Made by a program: the position numbers and the translations under genes. From positions 352,001 through 416,000 of the forward strand of contig CAVQYR010000001.1 of assembly GCA_963718235.1 (NCBI GenBank): 64,000 nucleotides of DNA, read 5' to 3'. Shown here piece after piece: positions 45,881 through 55,777 of the stretch. Position 1 is the first letter of the stretch; each line of letters starts with the position of its first letter. Under the pieces are notes generated by a model. The model made no database searches and was not told where the DNA came from. It worked only from the letters and a program-made list of their open reading frames with translations. The stretch comes from an uncultured Actinomycetota bacterium (GTDB lineage: Bacteria; Actinomycetota; Actinomycetes; JAHEKZ01).

Positions 45881-48299
45881 AAGAAGTCTGGCCAGCCAGT
45901 GGTTCCTCCGTGGGGGCCGGGCGCCAGCGGGCCGTGGCCCGGCTCACGAGCCACAGCAGGGCTGCTCCCACCAGGCCCAGGCCCACGCTGGCGGCGCCGT
46001 CGAGGTCGGCTCCGACGGGCAGGGCGAAGAACGTCGACAGCCACGGGGTGAACAGCACGATCAGGAACCCGGCACCCATGCTGCCGACGATCAGCCAGCG
46101 CACGAGGTCCATCGGGCGCGCCACGAGGTACAGGACGAACAGCGCCACGACGGCGAGGGTGATCGTGGCCGACACCCGGGCCTGACCGACGTCGGATCCA
46201 GTGGCGGCCAGGGTCACGTAGTAGGAGGTGAATGCCATGGCGGCACAGATGACCCCCGCGGGAACCGTGAACCACAGCACCCGCTGGAAGAACCCCGGAC
46301 GGAACCGGGCCGTGTTGGGCATGAGCGCCATGAAGAAGGCGGGCGTCCCGATGGTCAGGAAGGTGATCACGGTCAGGTGCCGGGGCAGGAACGGGAAGGG
46401 CAGCGTCAGGACGCCGGTGAGCAGCGCGAGCACCAGCGCATAGAAGGACTTGGTCAAGAAGAGGTCGCTGACCCGCTCGATGTTCCCCAGCACCCTGCGA
46501 CCCTCGGCGACAACTGAAGGCATCACTGAGAACTCGTTGTCCAGGAGCACGATCTGGGCGACCGCTCGGGTCGCCGCAGCCCCCGACCCCATGGCGATGC
46601 CGAGGTCGGCGTCCTTGAGAGCCAACACGTCGTTGACGCCGTCACCTGTCATGGCGACCGTGTGTCCTCGGCTCTGCAGGGCGGCGACCATGGCTCGTTT
46701 CTGCCGCGGTGTGACCCGGCCGAACACCGAGTGGGTCTCGAGGACCTCGGCCATCGCGCCGATGTCGTCGGGGAGCTCGCGTGCGTCGAACGGTCGGTCT
46801 GCGTCGGGAATCCCCGCGTGCACGGCGATCGCACCGACGGTCACCGGGTTGTCCCCGGAGATCACCTTGAGCGCGACGCCCTGGTCCAGGAAGTAGCGGA
46901 CCGTGGACGTGACGTCGACCCGCAGGCGCTGGTCGATCACGACGAACGCAACGGCGAGCACCGGCCCCGCCCCCGCGTCGACGTCGGGAGAGCTGTCGCC
47001 CACGGGGCGGGCAAGCAGCAGCACCCGCGCCCCCTGCGCGGCGAGCTGTTCGGCCTGTGGCCGGTGCGGGTCAGCGGGGTCGAGCAGGACCTCCGGCGCG
47101 CCGAGCACCCACCATCCGTGCGCCTCGAAGCACGCAGCGGACCACTTGCGAGCGCTGGAGAACGGGACGACGTCAGCGGCCGTCCAGACGACGTCGGTCG
47201 GTGGGTACGCGGCGGCGATTGCCGCCTGCGTCGGGTTCGGGCTGTCGTCGGCGGCGCCCAGGCCGGCCAGAGCTGCGTCGACGCGGGCGGCTGGATCCAG
47301 CACGACGACGTCACAGACCTGCATGCCGGGCTCGGTCAACGTGCCGGTCTTGTCGACGCACACGACGTCGACCCGGGCCAGCACCTCCACGGCCGGCATC
47401 TCCTGTACCAGGGCGCGCTTGCGCCCCAGACGTACGACGGCGACGGCCATCGCGACGCTGGTCAGCAGCACGAGGCCCTCGGGGATCATCGTGACCACGC
47501 CGGCCACCGTTCCCGTCAGCGCCTCCTGCCAGCTCGGGTTGGACTGCAGCTGGGACCAGAAGAGCAACGCCCCGACAGGGATGAGGATGTAGGACATCAC
47601 CCGCACGAACCGCATGATCGAGCTCATGAGCTCGGAGCGAGTCGTGGTGAACACCCGAGCCTCGACCGTGAGCCGCGTGGCGTAGGCGTCCAGACCCACC
47701 TTCGTCGCCTGCATCAGGCCACTCCCAGCGACCACGAAGGAGCCGGACATCACCTGGTCGCCCACGCCCTTCTCGACCGGGTCTGCCTCGCCGGTCAGCA
47801 GGGACTCGTCCACCTCCAACCCCTCTCGGTCGACGACGACACCATCGACCACGATCCGGTCACCGGGTCGCAGGACCACGACATCGTCCTGGACGAGCGC
47901 TGACGGGCGCACCTCGGCGTCGACCCCCTCCCGGCGCACCACCGGCTTGGCCTCACCCACCACGGACAACCGCTCGAGGGTTCGCTTGGCCCGGTACTCC
48001 TGGATGATCCCGATCGCGGAGTTGATCACGATGATGAAGCCGAACAGAGAGTCCTGCAGGGCGGCGCCGGCGATGATCATCAAGGCCCACAGGACCCCGA
48101 TCACGATGTTGAAGCTCGTGACGATGTTGGCGCGGGCGATGTCGCTTAGGCTCCTGCTTCGTGGGTCCGGGGCGTCGTTGCTGCGCCCGGAGGCCAGACG
48201 CTCGGCGACGGCGGCCTCCGAGAGACCAAGGGAAGGGTCGACGGCCGCGGGGGGGACGTGCGCCCCTGGTTCGGGCTGGACGAACCTGCGGAGGACCAT
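45864..48299 (-). CDS. P-type ATPase (CtpE-like cation transporter)
   Basis: DESLLTGEA, IPEGL, DKTGTLT and TGDGVND. Confidence 0.93.
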   Translation of the reverse strand: MVLRRFVQPEPGAHVPPAAVDPSLGLSEAAVAERLASGRSNDAPDPRSRSLSDIARANIVTSFNIVIGVLWALMIIAGAALQDSLFGFIIVINSAIGIIQEYRAKRTLERLSVVGEAKPVVRREGVDAEVRPSALVQDDVVVLRPGDRIVVDGVVVDREGLEVDESLLTGEADPVEKGVGDQVMSGSFVVAGSGLMQATKVGLDAYATRLTVEARVFTTTRSELMSSIMRFVRVMSYILIPVGALLFWSQLQSNPSWQEALTGTVAGVVTMIPEGLVLLTSVAMAVAVVRLGRKRALVQEMPAVEVLARVDVVCVDKTGTLTEPGMQVCDVVVLDPAARVDAALAGLGAADDSPNPTQAAIAAAYPPTDVVWTAADVVPFSSARKWSAACFEAHGWWVLGAPEVLLDPADPHRPQAEQLAAQGARVLLLARPVGDSSPDVDAGAGPVLAVAFVVIDQRLRVDVTSTVRYFLDQGVALKVISGDNPVTVGAIAVHAGIPDADRPFDARELPDDIGAMAEVLETHSVFGRVTPRQKRAMVAALQSRGHTVAMTGDGVNDVLALKDADLGIAMGSGAAATRAVAQIVLLDNEFSVMPSVVAEGRRVLGNIERVSDLFLTKSFYALVLALLTGVLTLPFPFLPRHLTVITFLTIGTPAFFMALMPNTARFRPGFFQRVLWFTVPAGVICAAMAFTSYYVTLAATGSDVGQARVSATITLAVVALFVLYLVARPMDLVRWLIVGSMGAGFLIVLFTPWLSTFFALPVGADLDGAASVGLGLVGAALLWLVSRATARWRPAPTEEPLAGQTSSRIRS

Positions 48300-48406
48300 G
48301 GCTGGCGATTGTGCCTCAGCCGGTCGGTCCCCACACCCGATCGACCACCGCCGTAGTGGGAGACTCGTCCCGAGTGGTTCCGAGCGATGCCGGCCAGGGG
48401 GTGTTC

Positions 48407-50207
48407 GTGAGAAGTGATCACCTGGCTCGCCTGATCGCCGACAATGCCGAGCGCTACCCCACCCGGCCCGCCATGCGGTCCATGCGTGGCGGGGTCTGGA
48501 GTGCGGTCTCCTACGCCGAGCTCGGACAGCAGGTCCGCGCGGTGGCGAAGTCCCTCGTCGGGGCCGGCGTCAAGGCAGGAGACCGGGTCGGGATCTTCTC
48601 GCCCAACCGTCCGGAGTGGACCGTCGCGGACTTCGCGATCCTCAGCGTGGGTGCAGTGTCCGTCCCCATCTACGCCACGAGCACGGCCAGGCAGGCCCAG
48701 CTCATCATCGATGACGCAGACGTCTCGGTGCTCTTCGTCGGCGGGCAGGAGCAGTACGACAAGGTGGTCGGCCCGGACTCGGTCACCTCCTACGTGAGGC
48801 ACGTCGTCGCGTTCGACGAGGAGACCGTGCTCACGAGTGCGCGGTCGGCGCACGCGGGGCCCTTCGTGGCTGCACGGCGCGGACGCGGCCCTCGACGGTG
48901 AGGTCGATGCGCGCCTGAGCTCAGCATCGACCGACGACGTGGCCACGCTCATCTACACCTCGGGGACGACGGGTGATCCCAAAGGTGCGGTCCTGACGCA
49001 TGCCAACTTCTTCCATCAGTTCCGTGCGCTGGACGAGAGGTTCGGCATCGGACCCGGCGACACCAGCCTGTGCTTTCTTCCACTCAGCCATGCCTACGAG
49101 CGCGCCTGGTCCTTCTACGTCCTGGCCAGCGGGGCGGAGAACTGCTACCTGGCGGATCCGAGCCGGGTGGTCGACGTGATGGCAGAGGTACGTCCCACGC
49201 TGATGGTCAGCGTCCCGCGGCTGTACGAGAAGATCCACGCGACCGTCACCGACCGGGTCGAGCGGGGGTCACGGACCAGGGCCCGGTTGTTTGGTTGGGC
49301 GTTGGGCGTAGGGAGCCGGTACCAGCACCGTCGCGCGGCCGGTCAGCCAGTCAGTGCGCTGCTGGGTTCCCAGCATGCGTTGGCGGACCAGCTCGTCCTG
49401 TCGAAGATCAGGAGCGTCGTGGGTGGCGACAAGAAGGTCCTGTCGGCGGGAGGGGCACCGTTGTCCAAGGACATCGAGGAGTTCTTCTTCGCGGCTGGAC
49501 TCTTCGTCTGTCAGGGGTACGGGCTGACCGAGACGACGGCCATGGTGACCTGCAACTACCCCGGCGAGTTCCGGTTCGGCACAGTCGGCACACCGGTGCT
49601 GGGGACCGAGGTGCGGATCGCGGACGGAGGTGAGATCCAAGTCCGCGGTGGCAGCGTGATGAAGGGGTATCACGGTCACCCCGAGGCGACCGCCGAAGCA
49701 TTCGACGACGGCTGGTTCAAGACGGGTGACGTCGGCACGATCGATGCCGCTGGGTTCGTCACCGTGACCGACCGGATCAAGGACATCATCATCACCTCGC
49801 AGGGCAAGAACGTTGCGCCGCAGCACATCGAGGGGGTGCTTGGCGGCGATCCCTACGTCGAACAGGTGGTCGTGATCGGTGACCGTCGGAGCTACCTGAG
49901 CGCCCTGATCGCCCCCGCATTCCCCGTGCTGGAGCGCTACGCCGTCGAGCACGGGCTGGGATTCTCGTCGAGGTCGGACCTGGTTGCGCTGCCGGAGGTG
50001 CGTGCGCTCTACGAACGTAGGATCGCTGAGGCGTCGACGGAGCTGGCCGGGTACGAGCAGGTGAAGCGCTTCACCCTCATGGCGAAGGAGTTCACCCAGG
50101 AGGAGGGTCAGCTGACCCCCACCCTGAAGCTGAAGCGACAGGTCGTCGAGCAGGAGTTTGCCGACGTCATCGACGCCATGTACGACGCCCCGCGGGCGCC
50201 GCGCTGA
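48407..50207 (+). pseudogene. Long-chain fatty-acid-CoA ligase with a frameshift near 48875
   Basis: N-terminal part lies in the frame of ORF 48161-48901 (VKAGDRVGIFSPNRPEW). The rest lies in the frame of ORF 48837-50207 (IYTSGTTGDPKG, GYGLTET, GWFKTGD). Confidence 0.85.
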
Positions 50208-50235
50208 CCGGTCGGGTGGGTGACCTGGGCTCAGC

Positions 50236-50757
50236 TCAGCGCGAGTCTCGCTTGGCCTGCCGTCGAGCTCCGGCGGCGAGTGTCGAGGCTTGCCGCTTCT
50301 TGCGCGCCGGTGACTGCACGGCGGCGCGGCCGTCCTTGGTGACCGAGCGCGTCGTGGCCGGCGCCGCCTTCGAGCGCTTCGTCGCCTTCTTCGTGCTCAC
50401 GGTCTCAGCCATCTGTCCCCGTGCTGTTGCGAGCCGCTCGGCGCGGATCTCGTTCGCCGACGCTCGGGCCAGCGTGGCCAGCCGACGGCTGACCCGGGCG
50501 AGCGCGTCCTCGAAGACCTCGGCCTTCTGCGCCGCCGGCCGACTCTTCTTGCTGGCCGCGTAGCGCGCGGCGTCTCTCGTCACCTGGGCGGAGGCGCGAC
50601 GTCGGTACAGCTTGGTGTACTTCGTGCGGGCCCGACGAACGCGGGTGTGCAGCTCGACGACGGCGTCCTCGTCGAGGGTCGACAGGTGAGAGGCTTCGGT
50701 CTCCCACAACAGCAGCTTCTCGCTCTCGGTCATCATCGCCAACACGGACTTGTTCAT
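50236..50757 (-). CDS. Basic actinobacterial hypothetical protein
   Basis: AAGGA SD; LDEDAVVELHTRVRRARTKY..LYRR and KAEVFEDALARVSRRL. Confidence 0.7.
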   Translation of the reverse strand: MNKSVLAMMTESEKLLLWETEASHLSTLDEDAVVELHTRVRRARTKYTKLYRRRASAQVTRDAARYAASKKSRPAAQKAEVFEDALARVSRRLATLARASANEIRAERLATARGQMAETVSTKKATKRSKAAPATTRSVTKDGRAAVQSPARKKRQASTLAAGARRQAKRDSR

Positions 50758-50769
50758 GCGCGGTCCTTC

Positions 50770-51933
50770 TCAGCCGATGCCGTCGGGAGTGACGAGGCGT
50801 GGGTGTGGGTGCTCGGGTGAACGCTGCTGGAACGAGAGGATCTTGGGGTTCTGGATCACGCCCTCGCGGATCTCGATCGCCCGCTGGATCGTCAGATCGG
50901 CATCCCATCCGTCCGGCCCGGACATGACTGGCCGAAGGTACGGGATCAGCGCCTCGCTGATCCCCCAGGTGGCCGAGTTCCACAGGTAGGAGGGGCTGTG
51001 GTCGACCCCGTAGTAGGTGACACCGTCACCTACCTCGAAGACAGGGTTGTCGAAGTGGGTCGGCCGAGCGCACTCGATGCCCATCCCCGCGTCACACGAG
51101 ACATCGACGATGAGTCGACCGGTCGGGAAGTGCTTCAGCTCCTCGTCGGACACGAACATCAAAGGCCGGTCGGTGTCCTGGAGCACGCAGTTGACGATGA
51201 TGTCGTGTGCGGCCAGGTATTCAGCGGTCGAGACCGCCCCCGAATCCGGCTGGACGATCGTCTGGCTGGGGTCGTCGTCTCGGCGGTGCATGTGCTCCAT
51301 CACCAGGCCGGCGATCGGGGAGGCGACGGCAGTGACATCGCGCATCGTCAGCACCGTGATGTCGTGGATACCCAACCCCTGCAAGGCGTTCACAGCTCCG
51401 CGCGCGGTGTTCCCGAAGCCGATGACGGCGGCGGTCAGGTGGCGACCGTAGTGTCCGGTGGTCCCCGACAGGGTCAGGGCATGGAGGACCGACGAGTAGC
51501 CGGCGAGCTCGTTGTTGAGATGGAACACATGAACGACGAACGAACCGTTCGTCGTCCAGTGGTTCATCGCCTCCCAGGCGATCAACGTCAGCCTCTTGTC
51601 GATGGCGTGCTGGGTAAGGGCCGAGTCCTGTACGCAGTGCGGCCATCCCCAGAGCACCTGCCCCTCCCGCATGTCCTCGATGTCCTCGAGCGTCGGCTTC
51701 GGCAGGAGCAGCACGTCGGCTCGTTCGATGATCTCGTCCCTGGAGCACATCGCACCGACGAGCGACTCCAGATGGGTGTCCGCGACGCCATATCGGCGCC
51801 CGTAGCCCGTCTCGAGCAGCAGGTTGGGGCGCAGGTCGTCATCGATGTGCGGGACATGGTGCGGGTGGATCGGCAGGCGGTGCTCGTTCTCCTTGTGTGA
51901 GGCGCCGAGAGCACCCACGGTCAACATCGCCAC
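50770..51933 (-). CDS. ceo: N5-(carboxyethyl)ornithine synthase
   Basis: SHKENEHRLPIHP, WGWPHCVQ, NNELAGY, IGFGNTARGA and DVSCD. Confidence 0.88.
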   Translation of the reverse strand: MAMLTVGALGASHKENEHRLPIHPHHVPHIDDDLRPNLLLETGYGRRYGVADTHLESLVGAMCSRDEIIERADVLLLPKPTLEDIEDMREGQVLWGWPHCVQDSALTQHAIDKRLTLIAWEAMNHWTTNGSFVVHVFHLNNELAGYSSVLHALTLSGTTGHYGRHLTAAVIGFGNTARGAVNALQGLGIHDITVLTMRDVTAVASPIAGLVMEHMHRRDDDPSQTIVQPDSGAVSTAEYLAAHDIIVNCVLQDTDRPLMFVSDEELKHFPTGRLIVDVSCDAGMGIECARPTHFDNPVFEVGDGVTYYGVDHSPSYLWNSATWGISEALIPYLRPVMSGPDGWDADLTIQRAIEIREGVIQNPKILSFQQRSPEHPHPRLVTPDGIG

Positions 51934-52041
51934 GACGACCTCCTCGCTTCGGTGAGCTCTACTCCCACGTCACGTCGACCCAGAACGAAGCTGTCGGGGT
52001 CTTCGGTCACACAGTAGGGGCCTTCGGCCTCTGTCGCCCGG

Positions 52042-53208
52042 CTAGGCGCGATCTGCCCGGGCGAGCACGACCACCCGCTCGGCGACCTTGCGCTTGGCCG
52101 CCACGAGGGCCGGGAGGCGGCCCTCGAAGGGTTCGCCGGGCAGCGAGCCGGCCGGTAGTGCGTCACCGAGGTCGGGTGCCACCGTCCACCCGCTGCCGAG
52201 ACGCGCCACGGCATCGTGCTTCGTGCGGTAGTAGGTGGAGGACACCGGCACGGCCAGCCCCCAGGCGCCGGCTGCCGCGGCCACCAGATGGGGGTGCATG
52301 CGGGTGGCGATCCAGCGTTGGCCGGGTCCAGCCGGGAAGCCTCCCCGCCAGAGATGGGAGAACGGCAGCAGCCTGAGGTGCGGAAGCTGCGGGCCCAGCA
52401 GGTCCAGGACGGCGGAGTCGACCGGGGGGTTGCACTCGACCAGGGTGATCGGCTCCTGGTCGACCCCCCATCCCTTCAGGGTGCGGACGACGTAGTCGGC
52501 CAACTGCTCCAGGGGAACGTCGAGCATGTCGGCCTGGAGGGACAGCATCGTGCGAACCGCCCCCTCGGAGCCGAAGATCGGGTCGCCGCCGAGCGAGAGC
52601 AACGCGTCGTCCCCGGTCATCGTCGTGCGAGCCACATCGTGGGTGAGCACCTCGTGCGTCGGTTCGTCTCGAACGTCGACGATGTCGAACTCCGCGAGGG
52701 ACGCCGCCAACGGCTCACGACTGGACTCGGCCATGGGGATGAGCCCGGCACCCGTGAGGGCCAGCCGGGTGCCGTAACGGGCCGCCATCCCCTCGGCAGC
52801 CCCGATCAGCGCCAAGTGGTGTGGCCAGTAGCTGTTGATGTAGCCGCCCCCCACGATGTGAACGAGGTCGACCCGGCCGAGGTTCTCCACCGAGGTGGCC
52901 TCCCTGGGCAGGATGCCAGGCTCGGTGACCACCTGGGCGCCGAAGCCCAGGGTGTGAGCCGGGTGGTCGGTCGGAGCGTTCCAGCAGGCGTGGAAGAGGG
53001 TGTCGACGCAGCGCAGACCCGGGTGGAGGCCGTCGAGGAGGACCGCCGCCTGTCCGGGCCGTGGGGAGTCCAGCCACACCTCGGCGTCAGGCAGGTGGCG
53101 GGCATAGTGACGCAGCCATCCAGCGGTGATCAGCTCATCGCCGTAGTTGGGGTTCCCGGCGGTACCGACCAGGTAGATGACCGGCCTCTTGTCGGCCTGA
53201 CTGGGCAT
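52042..53208 (-). CDS. Polysaccharide pyruvyl transferase-family protein
   Basis: GNPNYGDELI, GGGYIN, VRD and TRMHPHL. Confidence 0.85.
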   Translation of the reverse strand: MPSQADKRPVIYLVGTAGNPNYGDELITAGWLRHYARHLPDAEVWLDSPRPGQAAVLLDGLHPGLRCVDTLFHACWNAPTDHPAHTLGFGAQVVTEPGILPREATSVENLGRVDLVHIVGGGYINSYWPHHLALIGAAEGMAARYGTRLALTGAGLIPMAESSREPLAASLAEFDIVDVRDEPTHEVLTHDVARTTMTGDDALLSLGGDPIFGSEGAVRTMLSLQADMLDVPLEQLADYVVRTLKGWGVDQEPITLVECNPPVDSAVLDLLGPQLPHLRLLPFSHLWRGGFPAGPGQRWIATRMHPHLVAAAAGAWGLAVPVSSTYYRTKHDAVARLGSGWTVAPDLGDALPAGSLPGEPFEGRLPALVAAKRKVAERVVVLARADRA

Positions 53209-53327
53209 GCGAAGCGCTCCTCCCGGCTTGGTGTTGGAGGGTACGGGGTGGATCGGTCCGCACCGCCCGCCGGGTGCCAGCACCGTCCCCTTGATCGGTG
53301 CCGGCCCGGCAGACGAGGATGGGGCCC

Positions 53328-54563
53328 ATGCTTCGTGAGAGGGCCCGGCGCCGAGCAGGTTCAGCAGGTGCCCTTGTCGTGCTCGTGGCCGGCCTGGTCG
53401 TCGCCGCGCCTCCGGCGGTGGAGGCGGCGGGGCCGTGCTCGCTGGCGGTCAGCAAGACCCTCAAGCGCTCGGCTGACATCGCGGGAGGGGCGACGTTGAG
53501 CCGCTACGTGGCGTCGGTGGGCAGCCGGGGGACCAGCAAGTACGACCAGAGGGCGAGGGTGATCGTCACCCGGTTCCCAGACGGTGTGGTTCCGCGGCTC
53601 GTCGCTGTCAGGATCGGTGAGCAGGCAGCAACGGGAGTCACGGCCCGGGCCGTCGCGCCTCGTGCGCTGGCCGCGGTCAACGGTGACTTCTTCCCCGAGT
53701 CTCGGATTCGCGGCAAGAACGTGCGGCTGGTGCGGGGTCCGATGGTGCAGGACGGAAGGGTCGTCCGGGCAACGGTCGACCCCATGCGGGTGGTCGGGGT
53801 CACCACCAAGGGCGTCCCCTTCGGCGGTCGTCTGGGCGTCAACGGCACGGTCTCTGTGGGAACGGAACCGGCGGTTGCCGTGATGGGCCTCAACTGGCAG
53901 TCGGTCGACCCCGGTGGGGTCACGGTCTACACCTCCGACTGGACCAGGTTGTCGTCGGCACCGAGACCGGCGGGGAGGACCGAATGGGTGCTCGACGCAA
54001 CGGACACCCTGGTCAAGGTCCGGTCGGCGCGGGCCAAGCCCGAACGGCTCGGTTCACCCGTCGCCGAGGGCACGCGGGTCGTCGCCTTTGCCGCCGACCT
54101 CGCCCGCCCCGCGGCGCGGGCGACGGAGGGCGTCGTCGTGGCGGTGTCGATCCGACAGAGCACCCGCCCACGTGCCGGCGCCCGCCTGCAGACGGCCGTG
54201 GGGCGTGGGCTGACCCTCGTCCAAGACGGCGTTGCGGGTCCTCGTGACTGCGACGAGTACCTGAACGGAGCGCGCCCGCGAACCGTGGTCGGCTGGACGC
54301 GTGACGGGCTGTGGCGTGCCGTCACCGTCCCGGGCACCGAGTTCGTCGGAGACGGGCTTCGGGTCGGTGGCTTCGGTCTGGCCCAGATAGCCAACGTGGC
54401 GAGACGGATGGGGCTCGTGCACGCTTTCGAGCTGGACGGCGGAGGCTCGACGACGCTGTACACGCGAAGGGCAACCGTCTGGTCCCGTCGTGACCTGTGG
54501 GGTGTCAGGGGCGGCACGTACGAGCGGGCGGTCCCGAACGGGCTGGCCTTCGTCGCTCGGTAG
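53328..54563 (+). CDS. Secreted phosphodiester glycosidase (NAGPA-like) protein
   Basis: AVNGDFF, RPRTVVG, ELDGGGST and ERAVPNGL. Confidence 0.85.
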   Translation: MLRERARRRAGSAGALVVLVAGLVVAAPPAVEAAGPCSLAVSKTLKRSADIAGGATLSRYVASVGSRGTSKYDQRARVIVTRFPDGVVPRLVAVRIGEQAATGVTARAVAPRALAAVNGDFFPESRIRGKNVRLVRGPMVQDGRVVRATVDPMRVVGVTTKGVPFGGRLGVNGTVSVGTEPAVAVMGLNWQSVDPGGVTVYTSDWTRLSSAPRPAGRTEWVLDATDTLVKVRSARAKPERLGSPVAEGTRVVAFAADLARPAARATEGVVVAVSIRQSTRPRAGARLQTAVGRGLTLVQDGVAGPRDCDEYLNGARPRTVVGWTRDGLWRAVTVPGTEFVGDGLRVGGFGLAQIANVARRMGLVHAFELDGGGSTTLYTRRATVWSRRDLWGVRGGTYERAVPNGLAFVAR

Positions 54564-54596
54564 CGGGGGCACGGTGGGGGACCGTGCCGTGGTGGG

Positions 54597-55640
54597 TCAC
54601 CCGACGTCGTCGAAGCCGAACCGCTGGAAGTCTGCGGTGCATGGATGGCCCGGCGCCAGCCACATCACGCGGGTCTCGGACTCGCAGATCATGGCGAACA
54701 GGATGGTCGATCCTTCGTCGCCCTGTGCCGGGTCGGGGTGGACGCAGATGTCCTGCCCCTCGCCGTCGTGGTCGGCGAGCAGACCGGCGATGCCGTCGAC
54801 GGTGGCAGGGGCCGTCGACGCGAGGGTTCGGGCCCGGGTGAGCCGGGCGCGGCTCCCGTCCGACGGGTTGCAGGTCGCGGCGGCCACTCCAGGGTCGAGC
54901 GCGTGGTTGGTGTGCTCGGTGACCTCGAGCTGCGCCGCGGTGGTCGCGGTCGACTCGATCACACAGGCGTTGCCGCCGGGGAAGGCGCACAGGTAGGAGT
55001 AGCCCCCCGCTCGACCCTCGAGGCGGGCCCGGTCGAGTGCGTCGCCGCGGTCACGGGCGTCCAGAAGGCGTCGGGCCACGAGCGCACGAGGAACACCTAC
55101 TCGCTCGTCGGTCGCCGACAGGGACATCGTCCCGAAGGCGGCCCCGTACTCGTTGAGGCCGACGACGGGCAAGGTGCCGGCAACCACCGGGGCGAGCAGC
55201 GCGGGGCCGTCGTCGGGGACGTCGAGCACGAGTCCGACCGACCCCTCGTCGCCGGCGTACCACTGCTCGTTGTGTCCGAGCAGGGTGCGTCCGGGTCCTC
55301 GCAGCGCGACATCGGTGCAGCGCTCCAATGGGACGGGTGACGGCGTCCCGAGCTCGAGGATGCCGTAGACCTCCTCGAATGCGTTGGCGAAGAAGAGGTC
55401 GAGGAAGGGTTGCCCGGCCCCGTCGGCCATCCCCCGGACCTGTTCGACCAGGTGCGGCACCTCCTGGGTGGCCGCACCAACGTACGGGTCAACGAACGAC
55501 TGAAGCGTCCTCCGGTCCACCCCGTGGCCCAAGAGGTACCGCTCGTTGAACTGCACCGACCGCGCGGTCGCCGCGGCAAACGCCTCGCCGATGCCGGCGC
55601 CTCGCTCGTAGGGGGTTCCCGAGACTCGCACCCGCTTCAT
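54597..55640 (-). CDS. C45-family Ntn hydrolase/acyltransferase
   Basis: GTPYERG, nucleophile context RCTD, GHNEQW, GLNEYG and HTNH. Confidence 0.85.
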   Translation of the reverse strand: MKRVRVSGTPYERGAGIGEAFAAATARSVQFNERYLLGHGVDRRTLQSFVDPYVGAATQEVPHLVEQVRGMADGAGQPFLDLFFANAFEEVYGILELGTPSPVPLERCTDVALRGPGRTLLGHNEQWYAGDEGSVGLVLDVPDDGPALLAPVVAGTLPVVGLNEYGAAFGTMSLSATDERVGVPRALVARRLLDARDRGDALDRARLEGRAGGYSYLCAFPGGNACVIESTATTAAQLEVTEHTNHALDPGVAAATCNPSDGSRARLTRARTLASTAPATVDGIAGLLADHDGEGQDICVHPDPAQGDEGSTILFAMICESETRVMWLAPGHPCTADFQRFGFDDVG

Positions 55641-55777
55641 CCGCAAAGGCTACTCGTCGGCGGCGACGACGGTCGCCCGGTGTCGAGGGGGGTGACCGCT
55701 GTGTTGCAGCTGGGGCTCGCCAACCCTCATTGATATGAAGGGCTGACTCCGTCCCGAGCTCTCCGTACCCTCGGACG

